From NCBI RefSeq assembly GCF_021028975.2, contig NC_059439.1:22258001-22322000 (forward strand): a stretch of 64,000 nucleotides of DNA, written 5' to 3'. The position numbers were made by a program, and so were the translations under genes. Positions 18,337 to 30,949 of the stretch are shown here, one piece after another. The notes below the pieces were generated by a model, which did not search any database, was not told the origin of the DNA, and was given only the letters and a program-made list of their open reading frames with translations. This DNA is from Sphaerodactylus townsendi (Eukaryota). Numbering within the stretch: position 1 is the stretch's first letter; every line of letters starts with the position of its first letter.

Positions 18337-18699
18337 CCCTAGGCAGACTATGTCTTTGTCACCCTGCCCCTCATTTAACAAAGAGAAAAGAGAGAAGTCT
18401 AAAGTGAGTGTGTTATCTACTGGGTGTTCAAAATGAACAACGGCAGAATAAAATTAGATAAGTCCTTTGAAAGCCCTCCATGTTCCACCATGGCAACTAC
18501 AGAAGACCAGACTCAACAAACATGGAAATTCTAGAAACCAGTTAACGTCAAGCTTTTCTTCAAGCCATTAGAGAAGGTTCCTCTTGCCATTTTTAACACC
18601 CGTTAAAATTGGTGCCCTGGGCAATCGCTTGGGTTTTCCTAATAGTTGACCCAGCCCTGTTGGAAACCCCTGTTTGTTGTGGTTACATATCCTCATACA

Positions 18700-19080
18700 C
18701 CAAAGCTGGACAATATAGATGCTTCTATATTCACACAAAATAGTGGTCACATGTATTGGGGAAACAATGGATAGGGCACTCTTCCATTACATAAGGTCAG
18801 AACATCAAAAATGTGATACCTGGAAAGGACTACAGTATCTGTAACTGCCAACATTATGATGCCTATTGATTCCATACTATGATGAATGCTGTGATCACTG
18901 TGCATCCATCAACACAGCACCAAATGTTGCGATGCCCAAGAATGACAGACAAGCCAAAGATCTGATGTAAAATACAAGTCATGCCCTGCAATAATTTGAG
19001 TGATTCTAACTAAAAGGTGGTGGGACAAGGTGTTTTTTAACATAAATTGTACATACTCATGAGGATTTTTATAAAATAAC
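18700..19080 (-). pseudogene. Possible very old olfactory receptor pseudogene remnant (class I-like)
   Basis: Frameshifted motif fragments in correct order on the minus strand: PHE.MYNF (LHEPMY-like), HSMESIGII, RYHIF, DHYF/CEY; weak. Confidence 0.25.
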
Positions 19081-19902
19081 ATACACACCCAGTCATGGCA
19101 GGATTTTTTTTAAAAAAAGCATGTGGTTCTGTTGAACCACAGAACACTGTTGGATGCGACCGTAACCATGTAATTAGTGCCTCTGCTATCTGGGATTTGC
19201 TTGCCAGATAGGATCTTATTTAATTATATGTCCATGCAAATGCTTTCATTGTCTGCATTCATGCAAGCAGTTTGTATGCAAAATAGTTGTGCAATTGCAC
19301 ACCCAGAGAGCTACAAACTGATCTGATTCATGTCCCTGAGGCCCCTGGATAATTTCAACAAGATTACAATACCAAATCCAGTTTCGGTAAAACTGGTCAT
19401 TTTATCTCTCAGATTTGAGAGCTCCTTCTGTACGGGCGACCTTGTAATCACTGCCTTCAAACAGTGTTGCAGAGATCTAGACAAGCTGATAGGATTCGTG
19501 ATAATTACAACAGAAGCTTGCCATTTTTTCAGGGAAATAATACTTGGGAACGCATTGTCCTTAGTTCCTTTCACAGGTGTTTTGGTGGAAAATTCGGGAG
19601 GCTCAGCGAAGCTAATTGCAAGGATAGTAGGGGGTGTTGTATTGTGGTTATTGAGCAAGTCACCCACCTCCATGAACTTCCAATTAGGTGATGATTATTC
19701 TTTAGAAGCTTATCATTTTGGTCTGTGCTTTGACTGTACACAAAAGCTTTGTTCAAAAATTTGTAATAAACTGTTTTGGTCATGGCAAGAACAAACTGGG
19801 TTTATTCTTTGGTTTGCACATACACTCTCCTAACACACCCAGTCAAAACTAAAGCCTCCCTGATTTAGGAAGTCTTCGATCTACCCCAACTGTGTTCTAT
19901 GC

Positions 19903-20205
19903 CAGCGTGGTGTAGTGGCCAAGAGCAGGTGGAATCTAATCTGGAGAACCAGGTTTGATTCCCCACTCCTCCACCTGAGTGGCAGAGGCTTATCTGGTGA
20001 ATCAGATGTGCTTCCGCACTCCTACTTTCCTGCTGGGTGACCTTGAGCTAGTCACAGTTCTTCGGAACTCTCTCAGCCCCACCCACCTCACAAGTGTTTG
20101 TTGTGGGGAGAGGAAGGGAAAGGAGCTTGTAAGCCACCATGAGTCTCTTTTCTTCTTCTTCTTCTTCTTCTTCTTCTTCTTCTTCTTCTTCTTCTTCTTC
20201 TTCTT
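19903..20205 (+). mobile_element. tRNA-derived SINE with (TTC)n tail running into a gap
   Basis: CAGCGTGGTGTAGTGGCCAAGAGC head, GGTTTGATTCCC B-box. Confidence 0.85.
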
Positions 20206-21614
20206 NNNNNNNNNNNNNNNNNNNNNNNNNNNNNNNNNNNNNNNNNNNNNNNNNNNNNNNNNNNNNNNNNNNNNNNNNNNNNNNNNNNNNNNNCCAAAAA
20301 TCACCACTGAGCTTTTTGAATAAACTACGATGCTCCCTCGTGCATAGGACCCCTAGGGGCAAGAAGAGAATGAAAAAGGAAGAAAGGATAAATTGAGTTC
20401 ACAAGCAAAACATTTGATATTGCTTATGTGGCCTGAAATACACATACACCTTTTTAGCAGATTGAAGAGCCAGATTCAGCAACTGGTAAGTAGCAGAAGA
20501 ATTTGAATCTGAAAGTCTGCATTTATTTGGCCTGGGTCCAGTCCATGACTGAATCCATGTAGCAACCTTACACTTTAAAAAGGAGGGATATAAATGTAAG
20601 TGGTTAGATCCTATCTTTTTTTCTTCTTGTACAAGAAGTGGGGGAAGTGATCTCACCTGGTGGCCCTCTGCTGCAACTTTTTTCCACACGAGGCCCACAA
20701 TTCCTGGCATATCCCTTGTGGGAGTCAAACACGGCCACTTTTCCTTCTAGCACCAACAGATCCAATCCCATAAATAAATAGTGAAGTATTAAACACCCCT
20801 AGTCCCTTAAACTAGTTCTATGCTACAGAGTCTATGGGTCACTCAATAAAGAACCTGCTTTGGTTTTAAAACATATCACTCCTCCATTTTAAAGGCTCTT
20901 TTAAAAATAATAGCTGTGTTAGGTAGGCATTCCATTTTTAAGTGCTCAACCCCCTCTAGTTGTCAGAAGCACCAGGGCAATTTTATTCAAATGAAAATTA
21001 GAGGTTCTTTTTTCCTCTTCAGAGGGAAAAATCTGATGTATTTAAAAGGCATTAAAATCAGCATAGTGATTTTTTTTAAAATTGACGTTTCATTCTTAGT
21101 TGTTGGACAGACGTTTTCTTTACATTTAGGCACAGATGTTTATTGTCCCTGATTCTTGGGATCATGGGAACTTCCTTGGATAAGAGCCATTTGGGACAAT
21201 TTTTAAAAAGTGGGTGAAATTGATACATGTTTCATAGTTCAAATAATTGTTAATGGAGATTTAACTGAACCGTGTGAGATGCAAAGAGGAGCAAAATAAA
21301 GATGTCTGTGATCCCCTCCTCTAGTCTTGAAGTATTGAGTGGAAATATAAGACATTATGGGAGGATTAGGAGTATAAAAATTAAGACAGAGTTATAAATT
21401 AAGAGCCTTTGCAGATGTTTTGGTGTTGGTTTGAGTGAAAAATCTTGTTGGATCCATCATATTATATCTGAAGTGATGAGAAATAATTCCTGAGTGTCAT
21501 GACCCACACATGTATGTAAGTCATCTTTTGCTTAGATTTACATGCATGTGTGAACCACACTGTCTCAGTAAATCACACCCATTGTCCTTCTTCATTTTTC
21601 TAACAGGGAACAAA

Positions 21615-22568
21615 ATGCCCAACCAAACCACAGAAACTGTTTTCATTCTTCTAGGTTTCTCTGATGTTCGGCAGCTGCAGCTTTTACACTTTGTGGCCTT
21701 TCTTCTCCTTTATTTGGCAACCATCATGGGGAATCTTATCATCATCATACTTGTAGCCCTCAACCACCATCTTCACACACCTATGTACTTTTTCCTGATG
21801 AATTTATCTATTGCAGACATTGGCAATATCTCAGTGAACATTCCCAAAGCTATGAGCAATTCTCTCATGAATACAAAAGTCATTTCCTATACAGAATGTG
21901 TTTCCCAAGTCTTTTTTCTCATCTTCTTTGCAATGACTGACTTGGTGCTCCTCACCGTCATGGCTTATGATCGCTATGTCGCCATATGCAATCCACTGCG
22001 ATATGAGACAATGATGAACGCTGGAGCCTGTGTTCAAATAGCAGCCGGTGCATGGATAATTGGAATTTTCTGTGCAGCATTACACAGCGGGGCCACCTTC
22101 TCAACCACCTTTTGCTCCAATGCCGTCCACCAGTTTTTCTGTGAAATACCACAACTGCTGAAACTCACCTGCAATGACAGTGATACAATGGAGTTTGGGG
22201 TCATTATATTTGCTGCCTGTGCGGCCTTTGGCTGCTTTTCCTTCATCATTTTTTCTTACATGCAGATCTTCACCAATGTGCTAAGAATTCCTTCAGTGCA
22301 AGGAAGGAGGAAAGCTCTTTCTACCTGCTTGCCTCACCTCATTGTTTTCTCTTTGTTCACCTTTACGGGCACCCTGGCTTACCTGTGCCCAACAAACAGG
22401 ACCCAAAATGATGTAGCTATGATGATTGCTGTTCTATATTCTGTGCTTCCCCCCATGATGAACCCGCTGATCTATAGCATGAGAAATCAAGAAATTAGAT
22501 CTGCACTGTGGAAGCATTTTGGACGGAGCTTATGTACTAGTCGGCAAATGTCAACTATTCTCTTTTAG
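21615..22568 (+). CDS. Olfactory receptor, class II family 14-like, 317 aa (OR-A)
   Basis: MPNQT N-glycosylation site, GN, LHTPMYFFL, MAYDRYVAICNPL, FFCEIPQLLKL, KALSTCLPHL, PMMNPLIYSMRN; acceptor TTTTCTAACAG just upstream; candidate donor GTAAGT at 21516. Confidence 0.96.
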   Translation: MPNQTTETVFILLGFSDVRQLQLLHFVAFLLLYLATIMGNLIIIILVALNHHLHTPMYFFLMNLSIADIGNISVNIPKAMSNSLMNTKVISYTECVSQVFFLIFFAMTDLVLLTVMAYDRYVAICNPLRYETMMNAGACVQIAAGAWIIGIFCAALHSGATFSTTFCSNAVHQFFCEIPQLLKLTCNDSDTMEFGVIIFAACAAFGCFSFIIFSYMQIFTNVLRIPSVQGRRKALSTCLPHLIVFSLFTFTGTLAYLCPTNRTQNDVAMMIAVLYSVLPPMMNPLIYSMRNQEIRSALWKHFGRSLCTSRQMSTILF

Positions 22569-22969
22569 TCTAGTGAATTCAGCATTGTGTATCTTTTTAA
22601 TGTGTCCTATAAGAAGATAGTAAAATTTGTATGAATCTTCTTTTCTTCCAAGAAATAATGGTATGCATATAATAGTATACTTTTCCCCAGTCCAAGGTAA
22701 TTGGTCAATCAATCAGTCTTTATTATAGTCATAGATCCGCATAGACCAGAATAAGATAGATATGATACAATTAAAGCAATTTAAAAATATTGAAACTGTA
22801 AATTTTTATCTAGAAGGATCTACTGGCAGAAGAAAATTGGAAACAGAAAAATGGAATGGGAACATAAAGGGGATGGGATAAGAGCATAAATGTTAGTTTA
22901 TTCTCTTTTAATCTATTGAATCCCACAGGGTGTATCTTTGTCAAAGGTGTACATTCTGTAAGATACTTA

Positions 22970-23110
22970 GGCTCATTCCACACATGCAGAATAATGCACT
23001 TTCAAACTGCTTTCAGTGCTCTTTGAAGTTGTGCGGAATAGCAAAATCCACTTGCAAACAGTTGTGAAAGCAGTTTGAAAATGCATTATTTTGCGTGTGC
23101 GGAAGGGGCC
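22970..23110. mobile_element. Harbinger-like MITE, left-arm specific
   Basis: 3-bp TSD TTA; empty site in the right arm near 53440. Confidence 0.88.
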
Positions 23111-23574
23111 TTAGATTTATATGGATCATCTTTTCTTCCAAGAACTAATGGCATATATATGATAATTCACTTTTTTTTCCCAGTCCACGGTTACTTGGTT
23201 TTAAATGTAAGCAATACATTTAGGATTTTTAAATGGGATCATTGCATTAAGTCTTAAATATTTCATAGCTGAAGAATCCCGGGTAATGTGTGCTTTGGTC
23301 CTATGCATGTTTACTAGCAAGGATAATACTTTCTTCCTACAAAATGTGCATAGAATTACAGCCTTGTGTATGCTAAGTGCCATCTAGCTGCTTCTGATTT
23401 ATGGTGACCCTATGAATTAATGAGGGGAGCGAAGGCAGCATGTTATAGCCCAGCAAGTTTCAGTGACAGAGTGGAGTTCCAATCTGTTTATTCCAGATCC
23501 TAGTTGAACTCTCTACTACATAAGATTATGTGATGTGGGGAAAAAAACAATTTTGCATTTTCTGTTTGCTGAAC

Positions 23575-24235
23575 AAAGCACTCTTTGGAAATGTACCAGG
23601 AGAGATGGTCCTGTAGGTGTGTGGGCCCGGGTATATTAGTACAAGCACTTTGAATTTGATCCAGTGCTCCACCTGGAGCCAGTGAAGCTGGTGGAGTACT
23701 GGTTGGATGTTTGCCCACCATGGGGTTCCTGTAAGGACCCTCGCTGCTGCATTCTAGACTAGCTGGAGCTTCTAGAGCAAACCCAATTCACTGCATACAG
23801 TGAATTGAAGTAGTCTAACCTGGAGGTGACTGTTGGGTGGATCACTGTTGCCAAACCAGCCCGGGAAAGATAGGGTGCCAGCTGCTTTGCCTGGTATTGA
23901 TGAAAAAAATGCTATATCAGCTATGTGTGCTATCTGAACCTGCATAGTTAAAGAAGTATCCTGGAGCACCTCCAGACTTTTAATAGTTGACAAAGCCCTC
24001 ACCTGGAGACTGTCTAGGGTTGGCAGCCAGCAATCCCCATCAAACCATGTCAATCCAGCCACATGTCCTCAGTCTTCATTGGATTTAACTTCAGTCAGCT
24101 CTCTTTTATCTACCCCTCCACAGTCTCTAAACAACTGACTAGAACTTCTGGGGCAGCTCCTGGATAACCCCCCATCAACCGATAGGTGTGTCAGTAGCTT
24201 ACTGATGACAATCCAGTTAAAACCTCCAGATAAAC
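23575..24235 (-). mobile_element. Decayed L2 LINE fragment (shared by both arms)
   Basis: The right-arm copy translates to IHPTVTSRLDYFNSLYAGLPL; followed by QLVxNAAARVLTG..HIQPVLHQLHWL. Confidence 0.8.
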
Positions 24236-24246
24236 CTGGTGAGATT

Positions 24247-24439
24247 CAGAGGTGGGATCCAACCAGTTCTCACCCACTTCTCTAGAAGTAGTTACTAATT
24301 TTTTCTGAGTGCCGAGAAGGAGTTACTAAAGCAACCTCCCTGCCCAATAGGGACTGGAGGTGTGTATGTGCGGTGGCGCCACTGTTTGAATCCCACCACC
24401 ATCGGAACCTGTTATTAAAATTTTTGGATCCCACTACTG
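24247..24439. mobile_element. hAT MITE predating the duplication
   Basis: 8-bp TSD GTGAGATT; TIR CAGAGGTGGGATCC / GGATCCCACTACTG; also present at 52086-52279. Confidence 0.85.
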
Positions 24440-24849
24440 GTGAGATTATATTAAACATATAGATATTGACACATATAGATATCAAACAGTATTGTGAAAT
24501 AACCGATCCTTGTGGAACTCCGCGCACCAACAAACAGTGAGCTGAAGTCTTCTCACCAATTGCTACTCTCTGTCCTCAACCCTGGAGAAATGAGCACAGC
24601 TCATTGCAAGGTTTTCCCTTTGCTTTCGGTTATACTTTTATCCAGCATTACAGCAAGAATTGGGCAATATTTCCTTTCTACAGTTCTCAATAAACATAAG
24701 GGATCATATTTCTTCATATGTTCTCCCATGCATCAAAGATTAAGAGCATTCAAGCATTATATTCATTTTATCAGTCACACAGATTGTTATATCATCCCTG
24801 TAGCAGATTCTCTGTGTCAGGGATCCCCAGCATAATTAAACATATGAAC

Positions 24850-24985
24850 CAGTGGTGGGATTCAAATAATTTAACAATAGGTTCCAGTGGTGGGATTTAA
24901 ATCATTGAACAATTGATTGTGTACAAGAGGAATTTTAACAACCGGTTCTGCCGAAGTGGTGTGAACCTGCTGAATCCCACCACTG
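24850..24985. mobile_element. hAT MITE, left-arm specific
   Basis: TIR CAGTGGTGGGATTCA / TGAATCCCACCACTG; TSD ATATGAAC/ATCTGAAC; absent near 51535. Confidence 0.8.
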
Positions 24986-27900
24986 ATCTGAACACTGTTG
25001 GAATTTGAGGCAGGGTGGTAGGTGCTGCTATAAAATTGCTGCCACAGACAACAGAGTCAAGCACACATATTCAAGAGGAAGGAGGATGGAGAATTAAAAC
25101 ATACATGTAGAAAAAAAGATGACTAATGTGGGACATGGATGGTAAAACATAAAAAGAGAAGTTCAGAAGGGGAAAGGTGCTGTGGTAGTCTGCTACTCAC
25201 TAACTCCCATCCTATCAAAGCATGAGATTTGACTCACAGCTGATCTGTGTGCTCTGTTTATGGGATCCTTCTCCAGAGAGTACTGGGGAAGATCCGAGTG
25301 ACAAGCCTGGTTATTTGTATGAAGAATCAAGCTGAGGCAGGGAAGGCATTGACACAGGTCTAATGCAAGGATATTAGCCAGAAACCTATACAGCCAAATC
25401 CAATGAAAGGGAACAAATTAGCCAATAGAGCTGGTGCAGGGCCACAAAGGTGCATTTGCTCCCTTCGTCAGTGTAAGGAACAGCCCTGCCAGCATCTGGG
25501 CACCATACAACTCTGCAGTGGCAGAATCCAGAAATGGGCACCACTGTGGAACTATGCTGGCATCTGAGAAGTCACTGGCATGGGGTAGGAGGCAGGCTGT
25601 TCCCAGGGGTGGAGCTGACTGTAGTCAGCTTTCACCCAGGATTTCAAGTCAGGAATGCTATGGCCAGGGCCTCAGATTTACATCACCCCAAAGGTGGTAT
25701 AACTCCATACATCTCTATGGAGGGCTTTCAAGGCAGCCAAGGTTTTTTTTCTGTTTTGCAACCTCCCCACACCACCTGAAAGCCCTCTGGAGGCAGTGTA
25801 GGTGGGTGGTGGTGAAGCCATTCTGGAGAGTGACAATGGCATCATCTCTGGTCACCACTGTCTCTGGATTGGACTGCCTGTATAATCCTCTGAATCTCTG
25901 TTCTGGGGTAAATTAGATCTGCAATGAGAGGGAGAATTTAGATAAAATTGCCACTACTACTTAAGAAAACCTACAGGTCCTTAATCTTTGGCTGAATACA
26001 AGCCCATGTTCCCTGCCTTCTTCAGAGATTTAGGTGGGCTGCAGTAATGCACCATCCCTACAATATCAAGTCAAGACCCAAGAATTTACCTGGGAAGGTG
26101 AATATGTCCCAGTGTGGAGGACTATAGATCATAGAAATAGATAAGACTGAAAACAGGAGAAGGGTCAAGAAGTACAAGTTGGGAAATGTAGCTTTCCCCC
26201 CTAGAAGAGTAATAATATAATTGAATTGTTGGGATCAAGTCTTTAGGATAAGCTGAACCACAGGATGATAACTGTTGAAACAATGTATTTATCACTTGTT
26301 GTTCCATAAAGAAATTTTCAATTTGGCTCTCATCCCTAATTCCATATTGTAAAACAGGTTTAGTTATGAAATGGTAAGCTTAAAGGCCTGTGTTATGCGT
26401 TGTGCTATGTATATTATATAAGGGCAAGAGTAAAATATGGCCACTTAGTTCTGAAGTTTCCATGCTCAATCTGATGGGATAGTATTTGCATCCTGCTGGA
26501 TGGATTAGATCGGGCAGGATGTGAACAAGTAATTTCTTTTTCACTTGAATTTGTGAACATGGATCAATATCCTTATAGACTAGCATTGGATAGAGAAAAA
26601 TCAGGCTGGACTTTGATCCCCTGGCATCTGTCAGACAATAGAGAAAAATCAGAAATCTGGAGACAAAATGCAGATATATTTTTGGTTGAAAAAATAAAGG
26701 AAATAACCTTCTAATTTTTCATTTCTTAAAACCTGGCACCCCAGATGACCACCTATCTATATGGTCAGGCTGGACTTTGATCCCCTGGCATCTGTCATAT
26801 TTGAACTCAAAGGGTCTGATTTGAAAGATCTGATTGAGATTCTTGATATCTAGTTGATACCCAAGTAACCATGCTTGATTTCAAAAATTAATTACACATT
26901 TAATGACCACAAGATACACATATCTGGGTCCCTGGGTGTTACACATCCCAACATTTCCATACAAAATGCAAATATTTTCCTGCAAATGAGAGAGACCAAA
27001 GAGCTTTATTTCTGTTCATGTTATTCATGTCATTTCTTCATCTTTCTTGCAGCCTCACACACCTTCTTTGCACATCCTGGCCTAGCATATTGATTTTGTG
27101 TCACTTAGCAACTGGATTTAGTCTTAATAAAAGAAACCTGATGTAATAGGTGTGGATTTTTCATCTCATGACATTGATCTTATCTCATGTACTCAGACAA
27201 GTTGTATTAATTATCAAGTTATGTGAGTTAGAAAAACCGAAGAAACAATATACCAGAGGGAAAAGGGTTTCAGCCTCAAATTGTACTTAGGTGAGCTGAA
27301 CTCTGGGAATAAGTTACCAAGTACACAATATAAATGGATCTCTTTCTCATCTCTACAGCCATTTTGGTACTGGTTAGATAAAAATCAGATATTTTAGCAA
27401 TTCCCACAACGAGATCAATATAATGACTTGGGTGAAAGGATGTATGTATTTAAGCAAATGGAAAAGAAATTGATTTTGATGTTATCAAAGTTTTTCCATA
27501 TTTTCTTCTTATGTTTTTGTAGTGCGGATGTCTTTTTCTCTGCATCACAGCTTCCTGAACACAAGTCTGTTCTGAATTTTGTGTTTACACTTCACTCTCC
27601 TCAACAATCTTTCAATATGAGCACATGGAATGAAGACACAATATTTGAGAATTCAGTGACTATCTCAGACGAATCTGACACAGGAGATCTCAGGTGGAAA
27701 AGAAGAAAATAGAACAATTTGGAATGCTGCCTCCTCCAAGATATTCAACATTTAAAATACTAGACCATTCATAAGTGAGTGTGTTTGTGTGTATAGAATA
27801 ATTACAGAAAAGTTAATCTTTTTCCATCCACTATTACTAGTTGAAATTGTTGCACTGAGCAAAAATCCAAAGTTGCAACAGAACCTTTAAGTATAGAATA

Positions 27901-28268
27901 AGAAATTGGATTGTTGGTCAGGAAAATATCCACTGCCTCATTTTTCATGGATAGATCATACTATATGCAACACATCCATGCATGCATAAGCTGCGGAAAT
28001 ATCAAGTCAGTTTGTTGATGTCTGATGTAGTTTCTGACTAAATAGTCACAGACTATAAATATGAAAATTGTCCAAGAATATGTCAGTGTATTTTAAACAT
28101 TTTAACATGAGACTTTTCTTGAGGACAGCAGAAAGAGAAACATTGTTTTGTGCATGATGAGGAATGTCTGATTTACTTTATATTCAGTTCAGTACAGAAC
28201 TGCCTGGAAGACAAGAAATGTAAAACAAGCAAGCCTGACTAATAGCTAATCGATATTACTGGAATAAA

Positions 28269-29267
28269 ATGATTTCTGTAATATATCCTACATATAGTCT
28301 GAAGCTGGATGTTGAGGGTACAATACCCAATCTTACCTCCACCTCTCACTTCATGCTCTTGGAATTGTCTGACATCCGAGATCTACAGATGTTACACTTC
28401 TTTGTGTTCTTCGCAGTATACTTGACTGCAGTGACTGGCAATCTTCTCATCATCCTTGCTGTAGCCTTGGACCATCATCTGCACACCCCCATGTACTTCT
28501 TTCTCATGAATTTGGCCATTCTGGACCTTGGCTCAGTTTCTGTCATGGTGCCCAAAGCCATGGTCAACTCCCTCATGAACAGCAGGTCAATTTCTTATTC
28601 AGGATGTGTAGCTCAAGTTTTCTTCTTCATATTATTTGTAGGGACAGATTTAGCCATTCTAACAGTAATGGCGCATGATCGCTATGTGGCTATCTGCAAT
28701 CCACTGCAATATGAAACCATTATGCACAAAGATGCCTGCATTCAGATGGCAGCCAGTGCATGGATTGTTGGTATACTCAATGGTATGTTACACACTGGAG
28801 GAACTTTTGCTATCACTTTTTGCTCCAACATGATTGATCAGCTCTTCTGTGAAATACCACAGATGTTAAAACTCGCCTGTTCAGATATGTATCTAGTGGA
28901 AGTTGGTTTTGTTATGTTTAGTTGTTCCCTTGCACTAGGATGTTTCGTCTTCATCATTGCCACCTACTTGCAGATTTTTGCAGCAGTGCTCAGAATCCCA
29001 TCCGTGCAAGGTCAGAAAAAAGCCATCTCCACTTGCCTTCCTCACCTCACTGTGGTCTCTTTACTTGTATGCAGTGGAATCTTTGCCTATGTGAGACCTC
29101 GCAGTTACTCTTCATCTGTCCTGAATGCTCTTTTTGCAATAATTTATGCAGTAATCCCTCCTTTGCTCAACCCATTCATTTACAGCATGAGAAACACGGA
29201 AATAAAGACTGCTTTATTGAAACTGTCAAATTGTGGGCATTTTCCTAAAATACAAAAATTGGGTTGA
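28269..29267 (+). CDS. Olfactory receptor, family 14-like, 332 aa (OR-B); start codon uncertain
   Basis: LHTPMYFFL, MAHDRYVAICNPL, KAISTCLPHL, PLLNPFIYSMRN; the codon aligned to the paralogue's ATG is ATA (28323). Confidence 0.9.
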   Translation: MISVIYPTYSLKLDVEGTIPNLTSTSHFMLLELSDIRDLQMLHFFVFFAVYLTAVTGNLLIILAVALDHHLHTPMYFFLMNLAILDLGSVSVMVPKAMVNSLMNSRSISYSGCVAQVFFFILFVGTDLAILTVMAHDRYVAICNPLQYETIMHKDACIQMAASAWIVGILNGMLHTGGTFAITFCSNMIDQLFCEIPQMLKLACSDMYLVEVGFVMFSCSLALGCFVFIIATYLQIFAAVLRIPSVQGQKKAISTCLPHLTVVSLLVCSGIFAYVRPRSYSSSVLNALFAIIYAVIPPLLNPFIYSMRNTEIKTALLKLSNCGHFPKIQKLG

Positions 29268-30949
29268 CCCATCTCGTCCTTAGAATTAGGCTTGTTTATT
29301 AGGTAAAGCTGAATTAGTAAAAAATGCAGAAAAAAACTTGATTCTTCATTGATCAGGTTTTATTCAAGCCACAATGAAAACCCCTGAGCCAAATATTTGT
29401 TAAGAAATATTGTTATTTGTTAGAAAACTTAACAAACCAATTGTTTGTTAAGTTTGTTAGAAAACTTAACAAACCAATTGGCTTGTTCATCTAGAGACCC
29501 AAACTAGCATTTATCCCTGAAAAATTAATTATAGACTATGATCTATTCTTGGTAGTACTATTAACATCTGAGCAGAGATTCCCGATATAATTTTTAATAA
29601 ATCTTTATTATGGAGGTGGGTTTGTTTTGATTATTGGAACACAATCCAGCTTTTAAAATGCACAAAAACATCATTTTTACAATGTTTACATTGATATATT
29701 GATATCAGTATCACAGTATAATAAATATAAATAACAAACACTGAAATAATAAATCTGAAAAAATTCCTTGTCCAGTTCCAACCCACTGTTTCCATTCTCT
29801 GACAGTAAGGATGAAGGTCTGAAATAGCAGGACGCAGGCTACTTGGAACAATGTGATTCCCCTTCGGAACACTCTCCTGATTTCCAATCACCGCTTTCCC
29901 ATGCGCTGTTAAATGCAAACTGTTCTGCTCCTCATTTTTCCTAGCACATAGAAGGCAGGAGGAGAAGGGGGATCAAGGGCAGTAAACAGGTGATGGAAAA
30001 ATGATCTGGCAGAATGAGGAAGAAGCAGGAAGGGTCATTCACAGCAGGGAAGAGGAAGAAAGTGGTTTCTACAACAGTGCAAGGGAATGGGAGGGATGAA
30101 GCTAGGTAGGCTGCCAGTGGGTGGAGGGAAGATGTCAGGTCAAATCTCTGGTCACTGTGTTACCTGCCTTCGCTCTGTTGATGAAGAACATTAAAGAGGC
30201 ACTTAAAGTGAAGTTCCTTGGTGTGGGGAAAAAGGAAACTGAAAGTGGGCTTGGGGCAGAACATCTGTACAAGATATCTTGTCTTTTGCATCACAGCAGA
30301 TACCTTGCACACAATTGGTTTTTGTTAGAACACAGTAAAAGGAAATCTACGTATTACACACAAATTAAAATTCCAGGCTCCTTTATCTGAGATTCAGCTC
30401 AGGGTTGGCCGAACCCTGTTGTGCCTGTTGTGGTAGAAGGAAGGGAGATAAGCTTGTATGCCACCTTGATTCTCCTTACTGGAGGGAAATGTCAGGCATG
30501 AACATTTGATTTTAAAGATCTGAATTTGATTTTAAAAATCCAAGTAATCAGACTTAATTTTACAAATTAATCACACATCTTACCACAATATGGCAAGTAT
30601 ATCTGGGTCTCTGAATGTCAGGCATCTCAACATTTCCATACAGAGATATATACATTGAGAGAGATGAAAGAGCTTTAATTCTGTACATGTTATTCATGGT
30701 ATTTCTTCTACTTCTTCCATAACTCACAGACATCTTTTTTTCACATCCTAACATATTGATTCTATGTCAATTAGCAGTTGGGTTTAGTCATAATGGAAGA
30801 AATCTAATGTAGCAATAGGTATGGATTTATTTCATGACCTTGATCTTATTTCATGTACTCAGACAGAGACATGCTATATTAATGATCAGGCTATGTTTGT
30901 TAGGAAAACAGAAGGAACAGTGTAGCAGAATGAAAAGGGTTTCAATCTC

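Larger units (their letters stand above)
20294..30832 (+). repeat. Left arm of inverted segmental duplication (partner 43358-55912)
   Basis: Collinear reverse-complement match along its length, including two OR genes; a 60-bp spot check at 20341-20400 gave 57/60. Confidence 0.95.

Noticed and set aside
19330-19833. 167-aa and 120-aa overlapping ORFs
   Set aside because: No recognisable motifs or splice context.
19979-20396. Poly-F/K/E/R/S ORFs
   Set aside because: (TTC)n SINE tail plus N gap.
21510-21614. 35-aa N-terminal extension of OR-A
   Set aside because: Spans a probable 5' UTR intron (GTAAGT at 21516 to TTTTCTAACAG at 21606); the A' copy is not open over this stretch.
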